Positions 20,276-30,826 of a DNA stretch of 64,000 bases are shown piece by piece. The stretch lies in assembly GCF_044324785.1 (NCBI RefSeq), contig NZ_CP172127.1; one strand, 5' to 3'. This DNA comes from Escherichia coli. Lineage in GTDB: Bacteria > Pseudomonadota > Gammaproteobacteria > Enterobacterales > Enterobacteriaceae. Numbering within the stretch: position 1 is the stretch's first letter; each line of letters begins with the position of its first letter. The notes beneath the pieces are model-generated. The model saw only the letters and a program-made list of their open reading frames with translations, was not told the DNA's origin and ran no database searches. Position numbers and translations under genes: made by a program.

Positions 20276-20812
20276 TTACTCGTCCAGCAGAATCACTTTG
20301 CCGATATATGGCAGATGACGATAACGCTGTGCGTAATCAATGCCGTAACCCACCACAAACTCATCCGGGATCGAGAAACCAATAAATTCTACCGGGACGT
20401 TCACTTCACGACGGGACGGTTTATCCAGCAGCGTACAAATCGCCAACGACTTCGGTTCGCGCAGGCTTAAGATCTCACGCACTTTCGACAGGGTATTCCC
20501 CGAGTCGATGATATCTTCAACAATCAGCACGTCCTTGCCACGGATATCTTCATCCAGATCTTTGAGGATTTTCACATCACGGGTGGTGGACATGCCGCTA
20601 CCGTAGCTGGAGGCGGTCATAAAATCGACTTCATGAGATACCTGAACTTCACGGCACAGGTCCGCCATAAACATAAATGAGCCACGCAGCAGACCAACCA
20701 GCACCATATCGCTGCCGCTGTCTTTGTAACGCTCAGTAATCTGACGACCCAGTTCGGCGATACGCGCTTTAATCTCCGCTTCGGGGATCATTACTTCTAC
20801 AGTATGTTTCAT
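20276..20812 (-). CDS. hpt: hypoxanthine phosphoribosyltransferase
   Basis: [31 protein letters not shown]... PRPP motif [14 protein letters not shown]; 178-aa start chosen, track ORF extends to 20887. Confidence 0.92.
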
Positions 20813-21017
20813 ATCTCTAACCATATGATTTAAAAACAAATCACTTCGCACGGGCAGGTTTTGGCACCGCAACAAAGCGCAAGACATGCAGTATACCAGT
20901 AAAACTATTCATTCGCGGAATCTGTTAATAAAGCTCAAATTGTGATGACGATCACACATGTTAAAACCTATAATTAATTGCTACTAAAATATTAATGAAT
21001 TGAAATGGTGTCTCTTT

Positions 21018-23408
21018 ATGGCAATTAACAATACAGGCTCGCGACGATTACTCGTCACGCTAACAGCCCTTTTTGCAGCGCTTTGCGGGCTGTATCTACT
21101 CATTGGCGGAGGCTGGCTGGTCGCGATTGGCGGCTCCTGGTACTACCCTATCGCTGGCCTTGTGATGCTCGGCGTCGCCTGGATGCTGTGGCGCAGTAAA
21201 CGCGCCGCGCTTTGGCTATACGCCGCCCTGCTGCTCGGCACCATGATTTGGGGCGTCTGGGAAGTTGGTTTCGACTTCTGGGCGCTGACTCCGCGCAGCG
21301 ACATTCTGGTCTTCTTCGGCATCTGGCTGATCCTGCCGTTTGTCTGGCGTCGCCTGGTCATTCCTGCCAGCGGCGCAGTTGCCGCTCTGGTGGTGGCGTT
21401 GCTGATTAGTGGCGGTATCCTCACCTGGGCCGGATTTAACGATCCACAGGAAATCAACGGCACCTTAAGCACCGATGCCACACCTGCCGAAGCCATCTCA
21501 CCGGTTGCCGATCAGGACTGGCCTGCGTATGGTCGCAATCAGGAAGGTCAACGCTTTTCACCACTGAAGCAAATTAACGCCGATAACGTTCACAACCTGA
21601 AAGAAGCCTGGGTGTTCCGTACAGGCGATGTGAAACAGCCGAACGATCCGGGCGAAATCACCAATGAAGTGACGCCGATTAAAGTGGGCGATACGCTTTA
21701 CCTGTGTACCGCTCACCAGCGCCTGTTTGCGCTCGATGCCGCCAGCGGCAAAGAGAAATGGCATTACGATCCTGAACTGAAAACCAACGAGTCCTTCCAG
21801 CACGTAACCTGCCGCGGCGTCTCTTATCATGAAGCCAAAGCAGAAACGGCCTCGCCGGAAGTGATGGCGGATTGCCCGCGTCGTATCATTCTTCCGGTCA
21901 ATGATGGTCGTCTGATTGCGATTAACGCTGAAAACGGCAAGCTGTGCGAAACCTTCGCCAATAAAGGCGTGCTCAATCTGCAAAGCAATATGCCGGACAC
22001 CAAGCCGGGTCTGTATGAGCCGACTTCGCCGCCGATTATCACCGATAAAACCATCGTGATGGCCGGTTCAGTCACCGACAACTTCTCAACCCGCGAAACG
22101 TCTGGCGTGATCCGTGGTTTTGATGTCAACACCGGGGAGCTGTTGTGGGCTTTTGATCCTGGTGCGAAAGATCCTAACGCAATCCCGTCTGACGAACACA
22201 CCTTTACCTTTAACTCGCCAAACTCGTGGGCACCAGCGGCCTATGACGCGAAGCTGGATCTGGTGTATCTGCCGATGGGCGTGACCACGCCGGATATCTG
22301 GGGCGGTAATCGCACACCGGAACAGGAACGTTATGCCAGCTCGATTCTGGCGCTGAATGCCACTACCGGGAAACTGGCGTGGAGCTACCAGACCGTTCAC
22401 CACGACCTGTGGGATATGGATCTTCCGGCACAGCCGACGCTGGCGGACATCACCGTTAATGGTCAGAAAGTGCCAGTTATTTACGCTCCGGCGAAAACCG
22501 GCAACATTTTTGTGCTCGATCGTCGTAACGGCGAACTGGTGGTTCCGGCCCCGGAAAAACCGGTTCCACAAGGTGCAGCGAAAGGCGATTACGTCACCCC
22601 GACCCAACCGTTCTCTGAACTGAGCTTCCGTCCGACGAAAGATTTGAGCGGTGCGGATATGTGGGGAGCCACCATGTTTGACCAGCTGGTGTGCCGCGTG
22701 ATGTTCCACCAGATGCGCTATGAAGGCATTTTCACCCCGCCATCTGAACAGGGTACGCTGGTCTTCCCTGGTAACCTGGGGATGTTCGAATGGGGCGGGA
22801 TTTCCGTTGATCCGAATCGTGAAGTGGCAATTGCCAACCCAATGGCACTGCCGTTTGTTTCGAAACTGATCCCGCGCGGTCCTGGCAACCCGATGGAGCA
22901 GCCGAAAGATGCCAAAGGCACGGGTACGGAATCCGGCATTCAGCCGCAGTACGGTGTACCGTATGGTGTCACGCTCAACCCGTTCCTCTCACCGTTTGGT
23001 CTGCCATGTAAACAGCCAGCATGGGGTTATATCTCGGCGCTGGATCTGAAAACCAATGAAGTGGTGTGGAAGAAACGTATTGGTACGCCGCAGGACAGTA
23101 TGCCGTTCCCGATGCCTGTACCGGTGCCGTTCAATATGGGTATGCCGATGCTGGGCGGGCCAATCTCCACAGCGGGTAACGTACTGTTTATCGCCGCTAC
23201 GGCAGATAACTACCTGCGCGCTTACAACATGAGCAACGGTGAAAAACTGTGGCAGGGCCGTTTACCGGCGGGTGGTCAGGCTACGCCAATGACCTATGAA
23301 GTGAATGGCAAGCAGTATGTGGTGATCTCCGCAGGCGGTCACGGTTCATTTGGTACGAAGATGGGCGACTATATTGTGGCTTATGCGCTGCCGGATGATG
23401 TGAAGTAA
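21018..23408 (+). CDS. gcd: quinoprotein (PQQ) glucose dehydrogenase, membrane-bound
   Basis: MAINNTGSRRLLVTLTALFAALCGLYLLIGGGW... N-terminal TM segments plus PQQ beta-propeller domain, 796 aa. Confidence 0.95.
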   Translation: MAINNTGSRRLLVTLTALFAALCGLYLLIGGGWLVAIGGSWYYPIAGLVMLGVAWMLWRSKRAALWLYAALLLGTMIWGVWEVGFDFWALTPRSDILVFFGIWLILPFVWRRLVIPASGAVAALVVALLISGGILTWAGFNDPQEINGTLSTDATPAEAISPVADQDWPAYGRNQEGQRFSPLKQINADNVHNLKEAWVFRTGDVKQPNDPGEITNEVTPIKVGDTLYLCTAHQRLFALDAASGKEKWHYDPELKTNESFQHVTCRGVSYHEAKAETASPEVMADCPRRIILPVNDGRLIAINAENGKLCETFANKGVLNLQSNMPDTKPGLYEPTSPPIITDKTIVMAGSVTDNFSTRETSGVIRGFDVNTGELLWAFDPGAKDPNAIPSDEHTFTFNSPNSWAPAAYDAKLDLVYLPMGVTTPDIWGGNRTPEQERYASSILALNATTGKLAWSYQTVHHDLWDMDLPAQPTLADITVNGQKVPVIYAPAKTGNIFVLDRRNGELVVPAPEKPVPQGAAKGDYVTPTQPFSELSFRPTKDLSGADMWGATMFDQLVCRVMFHQMRYEGIFTPPSEQGTLVFPGNLGMFEWGGISVDPNREVAIANPMALPFVSKLIPRGPGNPMEQPKDAKGTGTESGIQPQYGVPYGVTLNPFLSPFGLPCKQPAWGYISALDLKTNEVVWKKRIGTPQDSMPFPMPVPVPFNMGMPMLGGPISTAGNVLFIAATADNYLRAYNMSNGEKLWQGRLPAGGQATPMTYEVNGKQYVVISAGGHGSFGTKMGDYIVAYALPDDVK

Positions 23409-23413
23409 CCATA

Positions 23414-23442
23414 ATGCCCGGAGAGATCCGGGCATATTTCCG
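23414..23442 (+). terminator. hairpin after gcd (putative terminator; convergent with cueO)
   Basis: Stem atgcccgg / ccgggcat followed by atattt. Confidence 0.45.
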
Positions 23443-23454
23443 AATACTGTCTTT

Positions 23455-25005
23455 TTATACCGTAAACCCTAACATCATCCCCGTATCTTCATGCTCCAGC
23501 AGATGGCAGTGCGCCATATAAGCATGTTCTTTCGGTGCGTCGTGATTAAACTTCACCAGCACTTCACTGACATTGCCTTCTACCTTAACGGTATCTTTCC
23601 AGCCCGCGCGATGAGTCGCTGGCGGTTTGCCATTTTCTGACAAGATACGGAACTGCGTACCGTGGATATGGAACGGATGCAGCATCATGTCGCCCACGCC
23701 AGAGATAACCCAACGTTCGTACTGCCCTTTCGCCGCAGCAAACATCGGCTTGTTCATATCAAACGCCTGCCCGTTGATTTTGTTGGCATGGTGGAAATCG
23801 AACTTCCCGCCGTGGTTCATATGATTCATATTGCCGTGCCCCATATGGCCCATCATCTGGCTGTGATCCATCCCGGCCATCGCCTGATCGCCATATTTCT
23901 CCATCAGCATCTGCATACCCATCATATCGAGCATCGGGTCCATAGAGAGTTGCAGCTTGCGTACCGTCAGCCCTTCCAGCGAAGGTAACGCAGGCAGGTT
24001 ACTTAATGTGTCTGGCAAAGCACCAGAGGCACTAATGGCAATCGGCTGAATCCGCATTACCGGATGCGGCTTGTCAAACGGCGCAATCGCCATTCCCATC
24101 TGGCTGACCGGCAGCGTCACCAGGTCAAAGGGGTTGTTGTCGTTAACCTCCACCAGCACTTCAAAACGCTCGCCCATCAGCACCGGCAGTTCGCTCACCT
24201 TCACCGGTTCAGGTAGCAGACCACCGTCGCTGGCAATCACATAAAGCGGGCGATTGTCGCTGGTGGCGAAATTGAGCGAGCGGGCATTACAGCCATTGAG
24301 CAAACGCAGGCGCAGCCAGCCGCGCGGGGCAGCGTGTTGCGGGTAGATTGCACCGTTGGTCAGCAACGTATCGCCAAACCAACCCACAGCGGCGGTCATC
24401 ACATCCAGTTGATAATCAATCTGCCCGTCGGTGTTAAATTTTTTATCCTGAACAATCACCGGGACATCATCAATACCCCACTGTTTTGGCAGCATTAATT
24501 TCAGGATCTCGTCATCTTCAATTACCACCAGCCCAGCCAGCCCCATCGCCACCTGACGTCCGGTCTTGCCATGTTGATGTGGATGGAACCAGCAGGTAGC
24601 GGCAGGTTGATCAACGTTCAACGTCACCGAGCGCTTGCCACCTGGCGGAATAATTCCCTGCGGGCCGCCGTCCACTTCACCCGGTACTTCCAGCCCGTGC
24701 CAGTGCAACGTCGTCTCTTCCGTCAGTTGGTTGTAGATATCAACCGTTACCGCTTTGCCGCGCTGTAATTTCACCGCCGGCCCCAGCAAATTGCCGTTAT
24801 AGCCCCAGGTAGTTGCGGTTTTCCCGCCAAAGGTGGACTGGCCTGCGCCAATAGTTAACTGAATGCGATTACGGGCATCGGTCGTGAGCAAATCAGGGAT
24901 CGGTAACGTTGGACGTTCTGCCGCAAATACTGCGCGGCTCCACAGCGGCAAGGCTGAAGCCACACCCAGCGCGACGGAATATTTCAAGAAATCACGACGT
25001 TGCAT
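23455..25005 (-). CDS. cueO: multicopper oxidase CueO (cuprous oxidase)
   Basis: [28 protein letters not shown] Tat signal (RRDFLK); Cu-binding HWHG and [13 protein letters not shown]; Met-rich insert; 516 aa. Confidence 0.95.
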   Translation of the reverse strand: MQRRDFLKYSVALGVASALPLWSRAVFAAERPTLPIPDLLTTDARNRIQLTIGAGQSTFGGKTATTWGYNGNLLGPAVKLQRGKAVTVDIYNQLTEETTLHWHGLEVPGEVDGGPQGIIPPGGKRSVTLNVDQPAATCWFHPHQHGKTGRQVAMGLAGLVVIEDDEILKLMLPKQWGIDDVPVIVQDKKFNTDGQIDYQLDVMTAAVGWFGDTLLTNGAIYPQHAAPRGWLRLRLLNGCNARSLNFATSDNRPLYVIASDGGLLPEPVKVSELPVLMGERFEVLVEVNDNNPFDLVTLPVSQMGMAIAPFDKPHPVMRIQPIAISASGALPDTLSNLPALPSLEGLTVRKLQLSMDPMLDMMGMQMLMEKYGDQAMAGMDHSQMMGHMGHGNMNHMNHGGKFDFHHANKINGQAFDMNKPMFAAAKGQYERWVISGVGDMMLHPFHIHGTQFRILSENGKPPATHRAGWKDTVKVEGNVSEVLVKFNHDAPKEHAYMAHCHLLEHEDTGMMLGFTV

Positions 25006-25050
25006 AGTTATTTCCTTATTCTTAAGCAGGCGAAACAAAATCAAACGTTG

Positions 25051-25081
25051 AGCATAGTCCTTCCCCTTACGGGAAGGTCAA
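25051..25081 (-). promoter_or_regulatory. MerR-type (CueR) promoter of cueO: -35 TTGACC, 19-bp spacer containing dyad CCTTCC-N7-GGAAGG, -10 TATGCT
   Basis: Plus strand agcata-gtccttccccttacgggaagg-tcaa; minus strand reads TTGACC-19bp-TATGCT, 46-76 bp upstream of the cueO ATG. Confidence 0.75.
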
Positions 25082-25170
25082 GCCGCAGACACAATTTAAT
25101 CGACAATAATGGTCGTCGCCTCGCTCGCAGTGTGCTAACGTTTATCTTCTTTAAGCCCCAGGTAGAAGCA

Positions 25171-25518
25171 ATGAAGACGTTTTTCAGAACAGTGTTATTC
25201 GGCAGCCTGATGGCCGTCTGCGCAAACAGTTACGCGCTCAGCGAGTCTGAAGCCGAAGATATGGCCGATTTAACGGCAGTTTTTGTTTTTCTGAAGAACG
25301 ATTGTGGTTACCAGAACTTACCTAACGGGCAAATTCGTCGCGCACTGGTCTTTTTTGCCCAGCAAAACCAGTGGGATCTCAGTAATTACGACACCTTCGA
25401 CATGAAAGCCCTCGGTGAAGACAGCTACCGCGATCTCAGCGGCATTGGCATTCCCGTCGCTAAAAAGTGCAAAGCCCTGGCTCGCGATTCCTTAAGCCTG
25501 CTTGCCTACGTCAAATAA
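25171..25518 (+). CDS. yacC: periplasmic protein YacC
   Basis: MKTFFRTVLFGSLMAVCANSYALSESEAED... 115 aa with signal peptide; track ORF is over-extended upstream. Confidence 0.85.
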   Translation: MKTFFRTVLFGSLMAVCANSYALSESEAEDMADLTAVFVFLKNDCGYQNLPNGQIRRALVFFAQQNQWDLSNYDTFDMKALGEDSYRDLSGIGIPVAKKCKALARDSLSLLAYVK

Positions 25519-25623
25519 TCCCTGATACCTTTTTGTAGAAATATTGACCGTGCATCCGCGGTCAATGTTAGCTATTATGTTGCGCCCTTTTTTTACGGGT
25601 GTTAACAAAGGAGGTATCAACCC

Positions 25624-26490
25624 ATGGCCGAAAAAAAACAGTGGCATGAAACGCTACACGACCAGTTTGGGCAGTACTTTGCGGTAGATAACGTTCTGTA
25701 TCATGAAAAGACCGATCACCAGGATCTGATCATTTTTGAGAACGCCGCATTTGGCCGCGTAATGGCGCTGGATGGCGTAGTACAAACCACCGAGCGCGAC
25801 GAGTTTATCTATCATGAGATGATGACCCATGTTCCGCTACTGGCCCACGGTCACGCGAAACATGTGCTGATTATCGGCGGCGGCGACGGTGCCATGCTGC
25901 GTGAAGTAACCCGACATAAAAACGTTGAGTCAATCACGATGGTGGAAATCGATGCGGGTGTCGTGTCGTTCTGCCGTCAGTATCTACCCAACCATAACGC
26001 CGGTAGCTACGACGATCCGCGCTTTAAACTGGTGATCGACGATGGCGTCAATTTCGTTAATCAAACCAGCCAGACCTTTGATGTCATTATCTCCGACTGC
26101 ACCGATCCTATCGGTCCCGGCGAAAGTCTGTTCACCTCAGCATTTTATGAAGGATGCAAACGTTGCCTGAATCCTGGCGGTATCTTCGTCGCACAAAACG
26201 GCGTCTGCTTTTTACAGCAGGAAGAGGCTATCGACAGTCATCGCAAACTCAGCCATTACTTCAGCGATGTTGGCTTTTATCAGGCGGCGATCCCGACCTA
26301 TTACGGCGGCATCATGACCTTTGCATGGGCGACAGATAACGACGCCTTACGCCATCTCTCAACCGAAATTATTCAGGCGCGTTTTCTCGCCTCTGGCCTG
26401 AAATGCCGTTATTACAATCCGGCAGTCCATACGGCAGCTTTTGCCTTACCCCAGTATCTGCAAGACGCACTGGCTTCACAGCCGTCCTAA
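25624..26490 (+). CDS. speE: spermidine synthase
   Basis: [40 protein letters not shown]... and [11 protein letters not shown] motif, 288 aa. Confidence 0.95.
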   Translation: MAEKKQWHETLHDQFGQYFAVDNVLYHEKTDHQDLIIFENAAFGRVMALDGVVQTTERDEFIYHEMMTHVPLLAHGHAKHVLIIGGGDGAMLREVTRHKNVESITMVEIDAGVVSFCRQYLPNHNAGSYDDPRFKLVIDDGVNFVNQTSQTFDVIISDCTDPIGPGESLFTSAFYEGCKRCLNPGGIFVAQNGVCFLQQEEAIDSHRKLSHYFSDVGFYQAAIPTYYGGIMTFAWATDNDALRHLSTEIIQARFLASGLKCRYYNPAVHTAAFALPQYLQDALASQPS

Positions 26491-26505
26491 GGAGAAGATA
26501 AGAAA

Positions 26506-27300
26506 TTGAAAAAACTGAAACTGCATGGCTTTAATAATCTGACCAAAAGTCTGAGTTTTTGTATTTACGATATCTGCTACGCCAAAACTGCCGAAGAACG
26601 CGATGGTTATATTGCTTATATCGATGAACTCTATAATGCCAACCGTCTGACCGAAATCCTGTCAGAAACCTGTTCCATTATCGGGGCCAATATTCTTAAC
26701 ATCGCCCGCCAGGATTACGAACCACAGGGTGCCAGCGTCACTATTCTGGTGAGTGAAGAACCGGTCGATCCGAAACTTATCGACAAAACAGAACACCCCG
26801 GTCCGCTGCCAGAAACGGTCGTTGCCCATCTCGATAAAAGTCATATTTGCGTACATACCTACCCGGAAAGTCATCCTGAAGGTGGTTTATGTACCTTCCG
26901 CGCCGATATTGAAGTCTCTACCTGCGGCGTGATTTCTCCGCTGAAGGCGCTGAATTACCTGATCCACCAGCTTGAGTCCGATATCGTAACCATTGATTAT
27001 CGCGTGCGCGGTTTTACTCGCGACATTAACGGTATGAAGCACTTTATCGACCATGAGATTAATTCGATTCAGAACTTTATGTCTGACGATATGAAGGCGC
27101 TGTATGACATGGTGGATGTGAACGTCTATCAGGAAAATATCTTCCATACCAAGATGTTGCTTAAAGAGTTCGACCTTAAGCACTACATGTTCCACACCAA
27201 ACCGGAAGATTTAACCGACAGCGAGCGCCAGGAAATTACCGCTGCGCTGTGGAAAGAAATGCGCGAGATTTATTACGGGCGCAATATGCCCGCTGTTTAA
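26506..27300 (+). CDS. speD: S-adenosylmethionine decarboxylase proenzyme
   Basis: TTG start after SD ggagaag; [25 protein letters not shown]... 264 aa. Confidence 0.93.
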
Positions 27301-27305
27301 CGGCT

Positions 27306-27340
27306 CTGGCGGAGCTCCCAGGCTCCGCCAGATTTATTTA
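27306..27340 (+). terminator. Rho-independent terminator after speED
   Basis: Stem ctggcggagc / gctccgccag followed by atttattta; overlaps the convergent yacL stop. Confidence 0.65.
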
Positions 27341-27700
27341 CTTCTGCTGCACGAAATTACGGTAAGCCGCCACCACCTGCAGAAAATCCTCAACGCCACA
27401 TAGCGACAGGCTTTCTTCATCGTAGTAGTTCATCCCCTCTTCCATTTCATCGCCAGCGAATTCCAGTTGATTGGCGCGAACCATCACTTCTTCGCCGTCC
27501 ATCCATAGCGTGTACTCATGCCCTGCCCGCTGCCAGGAACGTTCGCTACCTTTGAGCGTGCGCGCGGCGTCTTCCACTTCATCAAGCAAGGCCAGGTTTT
27601 CTTTCACCTCTTCGTTAAACCAGTGCCCGACCACTTCATGCCCCATGGACATACGCACCTTTACCACTCCGGTAATATCACGCAGAAATTCGTAATCCAT
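27338..27700 (-). CDS. yacL: UPF0231 protein YacL
   Basis: [36 protein letters not shown]... 120 aa; track ORF extends 16 codons upstream. Confidence 0.85.
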   Translation of the reverse strand: MDYEFLRDITGVVKVRMSMGHEVVGHWFNEEVKENLALLDEVEDAARTLKGSERSWQRAGHEYTLWMDGEEVMVRANQLEFAGDEMEEGMNYYDEESLSLCGVEDFLQVVAAYRNFVQQK

Positions 27701-27802
27701 AGTGTGTTCCTCTGCTCCCGGCAATGCGCCGAAATCGCATTGCGCCATTGATGTAATTATCGCAGCCTTAACGGAGAAAAACAGCGGAACGGCGATGGTT
27801 TA

Positions 27803-27840
27803 GAAATAAAAAATGCCCGGGAATCTCATTCACCGGGCAT
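27803..27840 (-). terminator. Rho-independent terminator after acnB
   Basis: Stem atgcccgg / ccgggcat; on the minus strand it is followed by ttttttatttc. Confidence 0.7.
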
Positions 27841-27874
27841 TGTGTCGTTTATGCGCAGCGCGTGCGCTTACTTA

Positions 27875-30472
27875 TTACACCGCAGTCTGGAAAATCACCC
27901 CATCGGCTTTTTCGGTGTACTGAGAAAGCTGGTTGAAGTTCAGATAACGATAAGTATCAACGGCAGTTTTATCTACTTGCGCAACGTAGGTCTGGTACTC
28001 TTCCGGCGTCGGTAGTTTGCCAATCAGCGCCGCAACAGCAGCCAGTTCCGCAGAAGCCAGGAAGACATTCGCGCCAGTACCCAGACGGTTCGGGAAGTTA
28101 CGGGTAGAGGTGGAAACCACCGTCGCACTGTCTGCTACACGCGCCTGGTTACCCATACACAGGGAACAGCCAGGGATCTCGATACGCGCACCACTCTTAC
28201 CGAAGACGCTGTAGTAGCCTTCTTCGGTCAACTGCGCGGCGTCCATACGGGTTGGCGGTGCCACCCACAGGCGGGTCGGCAACTGACCTTTGTGCGCATC
28301 CAGCAGTTTACCAGCGGCACGGAAGTGACCGATGTTAGTCATGCAAGAACCGATAAACACTTCGTCGATCTTCTCGCCCTGTACCGCAGACAGCGGACGA
28401 GCGTCGTCCGGGTCGTTCGGTGCACAGAGGATTGGCTCTTTAATATCCGCCAGATCGATGTCAATCACTGCCGCGTATTCCGCATCTGCATCGGCTTCCA
28501 GCAGCTCAGGATTCGCCAGCCATTTTTCCATGCCCTGAATACGGCGTTCCAGGGTACGACGATCGCCGTAACCTTCCGCGATCATCCACTTCAGCAGGAC
28601 GATGTTGGAGTTCAGGTATTCAATGATCGGTTCTTTGTTCAGCTTGATGGTACAACCGGCAGCAGAACGCTCGGCAGACGCATCGGTCAGCTCAAATGCC
28701 TGCTCAACTTTCAGATCCGGCAGACCTTCAATTTCCAGAATGCGGCCAGAGAAGATGTTTTTCTTACCTTTCTTCTCAACGGTCAGCAGACCTTGTTTGA
28801 TCGCATACAGCGGAATGGCGTGTACCAGATCGCGCAGGGTGATGCCCGGCTGCATTTTGCCTTTGAAGCGCACCAGAACGGATTCCGGCATATCCAGCGG
28901 CATTACGCCTGTTGCGGCTGCAAATGCCACCAGACCAGAACCCGCCGGGAAAGAGATACCGATCGGGAAACGGGTATGGGAGTCACCACCGGTACCGACG
29001 GTATCCGGCAGCAGCATACGGTTCAGCCAGGAGTGGATTACGCCGTCACCCGGACGCAGCGACACACCGCCACGGTTCATAATGAAGTCCGGCAGCGTGT
29101 GGTGTGTGTTTACGTCAACTGGCTTCGGATACGCCGCGGTGTGGCAGAAAGACTGCATCACCAGGTCAGCCGAGAAGCCCAGGCACGCCAGGTCTTTCAG
29201 TTCATCACGGGTCATCGGGCCAGTGGTGTCCTGAGAACCAACAGAAGTCATTTTCGGTTCGCAGTACGCGCCCGGACGAATGCCTTTCACACCGCAGGCA
29301 CGACCTACCATTTTCTGCGCCAGCGAGAAGCCGCGATCGCTCTCAGCGACATCTTTCGCCTGACGGAACACATCGCTGTGCGGCAGGCCAAGTGCTTCAC
29401 GCGCTTTGGTGGTCAGGCCACGCCCGATAATCAGCGGAATACGGCCGCCAGCACGCACTTCATCAATCAGCACGTCGGTTTTCAGTTCGAAGGTCGCCAG
29501 CAGTTCGCCGGTTTCGTGGTTACGCACTTCACCTTTGTACGGGTAAACGTCAATTACGTCGCCCATGTTCAGGTTAGAGACGTCCACTTCAATTGGCAGT
29601 GCACCCGCATCTTCCATCGTGTTAAAGAAGATGGGTGCAATTTTACCGCCGAGGCACAAACCACCGCCGCGTTTGTTCGGCACATGTGGAATATCATCAC
29701 CCATAAACCACAGTACGGAGTTCGTGGCGGATTTACGCGAAGACCCCGTACCCACAACGTCACCGACGTACGCCAGCGGGAAACCTTTCTGTTGCAGAGC
29801 TTCGATTTGCTTGATCGGACCAACAACGCCTGGCTGGTCTGGCTCAATACCTTCACGGGCGTTTTTCAGCATCGCCAGCGCGTGCAGTGGGATATCCGGG
29901 CGAGACCACGCATCCGGTGCCGGAGAAAGGTCATCGGTGTTGGTTTCGCCTGTGACTTTGAAGACGGTAACGGTCAGTTTTTCAGCCAGCGCCGGGCGAT
30001 TCAGGAACCATTCGGCATCCGCCCAGGACTGCATTACCTGCTTCGCATATTCGTTGCCTGCTTTGGCTTTCTCTTCTACGTCATAGAAGTTATCGAACAT
30101 CAGCAGCGTGTGAGAAAGTGCTTTGGCAGCAATCGGTGCCAGTTTGGCATCATCCAGCGCGTCGATCAGCGGATGAATGTTGTAACCACCCTGCATGGTA
30201 CCCAGCAGTTCGATGGCTTTTTCCGGAGTCAGCAGAGGGGATTTGGCTTCGCCTTTAGCGATAGCAGCCAGGAAGCCTGCTTTGACATAGGCGGCTTCAT
30301 CGACGCCAGGGGGAACACGGTTGGTTAATAGATCTAACAGGAATTCTTCTTCGCCCGCGGGCGGGTTTTTCAGCAGCTCTACAAGTGCGGCCATTTGGTT
30401 TGCATCCAGGGGTTTGGGCGCAATCCCCTCAGCGGCACGCTCAGCTACGTGCTTACGGTATTCTTCTAGCAC
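27875..30472 (-). CDS. acnB: aconitate hydratase B (2-methylisocitrate dehydratase)
   Basis: GTG start behind SD gaggag; [38 protein letters not shown]... 865 aa; track ORF extends 51 codons upstream. Confidence 0.95.
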   Translation of the reverse strand: MLEEYRKHVAERAAEGIAPKPLDANQMAALVELLKNPPAGEEEFLLDLLTNRVPPGVDEAAYVKAGFLAAIAKGEAKSPLLTPEKAIELLGTMQGGYNIHPLIDALDDAKLAPIAAKALSHTLLMFDNFYDVEEKAKAGNEYAKQVMQSWADAEWFLNRPALAEKLTVTVFKVTGETNTDDLSPAPDAWSRPDIPLHALAMLKNAREGIEPDQPGVVGPIKQIEALQQKGFPLAYVGDVVGTGSSRKSATNSVLWFMGDDIPHVPNKRGGGLCLGGKIAPIFFNTMEDAGALPIEVDVSNLNMGDVIDVYPYKGEVRNHETGELLATFELKTDVLIDEVRAGGRIPLIIGRGLTTKAREALGLPHSDVFRQAKDVAESDRGFSLAQKMVGRACGVKGIRPGAYCEPKMTSVGSQDTTGPMTRDELKDLACLGFSADLVMQSFCHTAAYPKPVDVNTHHTLPDFIMNRGGVSLRPGDGVIHSWLNRMLLPDTVGTGGDSHTRFPIGISFPAGSGLVAFAAATGVMPLDMPESVLVRFKGKMQPGITLRDLVHAIPLYAIKQGLLTVEKKGKKNIFSGRILEIEGLPDLKVEQAFELTDASAERSAAGCTIKLNKEPIIEYLNSNIVLLKWMIAEGYGDRRTLERRIQGMEKWLANPELLEADADAEYAAVIDIDLADIKEPILCAPNDPDDARPLSAVQGEKIDEVFIGSCMTNIGHFRAAGKLLDAHKGQLPTRLWVAPPTRMDAAQLTEEGYYSVFGKSGARIEIPGCSLCMGNQARVADSATVVSTSTRNFPNRLGTGANVFLASAELAAVAALIGKLPTPEEYQTYVAQVDKTAVDTYRYLNFNQLSQYTEKADGVIFQTAV

Positions 30473-30826
30473 GACGGTTCTCCTCGCTCTCATTGTCATA
30501 GTGCGGCAGGCGATTCTCTTCACGCTCCTGTGAGACAGCAGTTTGTAGGGTAAATGCCCAGTACCGCAACGGGCAGAATAGCAGGATTTTGACGATGTGT
30601 TAATCCGTTTACAAAAAAGCAACATAAAAAAGTGGCTGAATCGTTAAGGATGGTCTAGAGATTGTTTCCCTCCGTAAAAACTTCGTTAATTCGCATGGTG
30701 ATAATCACCTTTCTCAACGAATCCCAAGATTAGTCAAAATTTAAACTACCGCCTCTTTATACTCGGATTCTCAGCACCTGCGGGTGGCAGTTCGCCGACC
30801 ATTGCGATTTCCTTGAGATCCGAATT

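Noticed and set aside
28292-30328. 678-aa plus-strand ORF inside acnB (also 28602..29234, 29565..30086)
   Set aside because: Antisense to a confidently identified gene; low-complexity translation with no motifs; typical codon-bias artefact.
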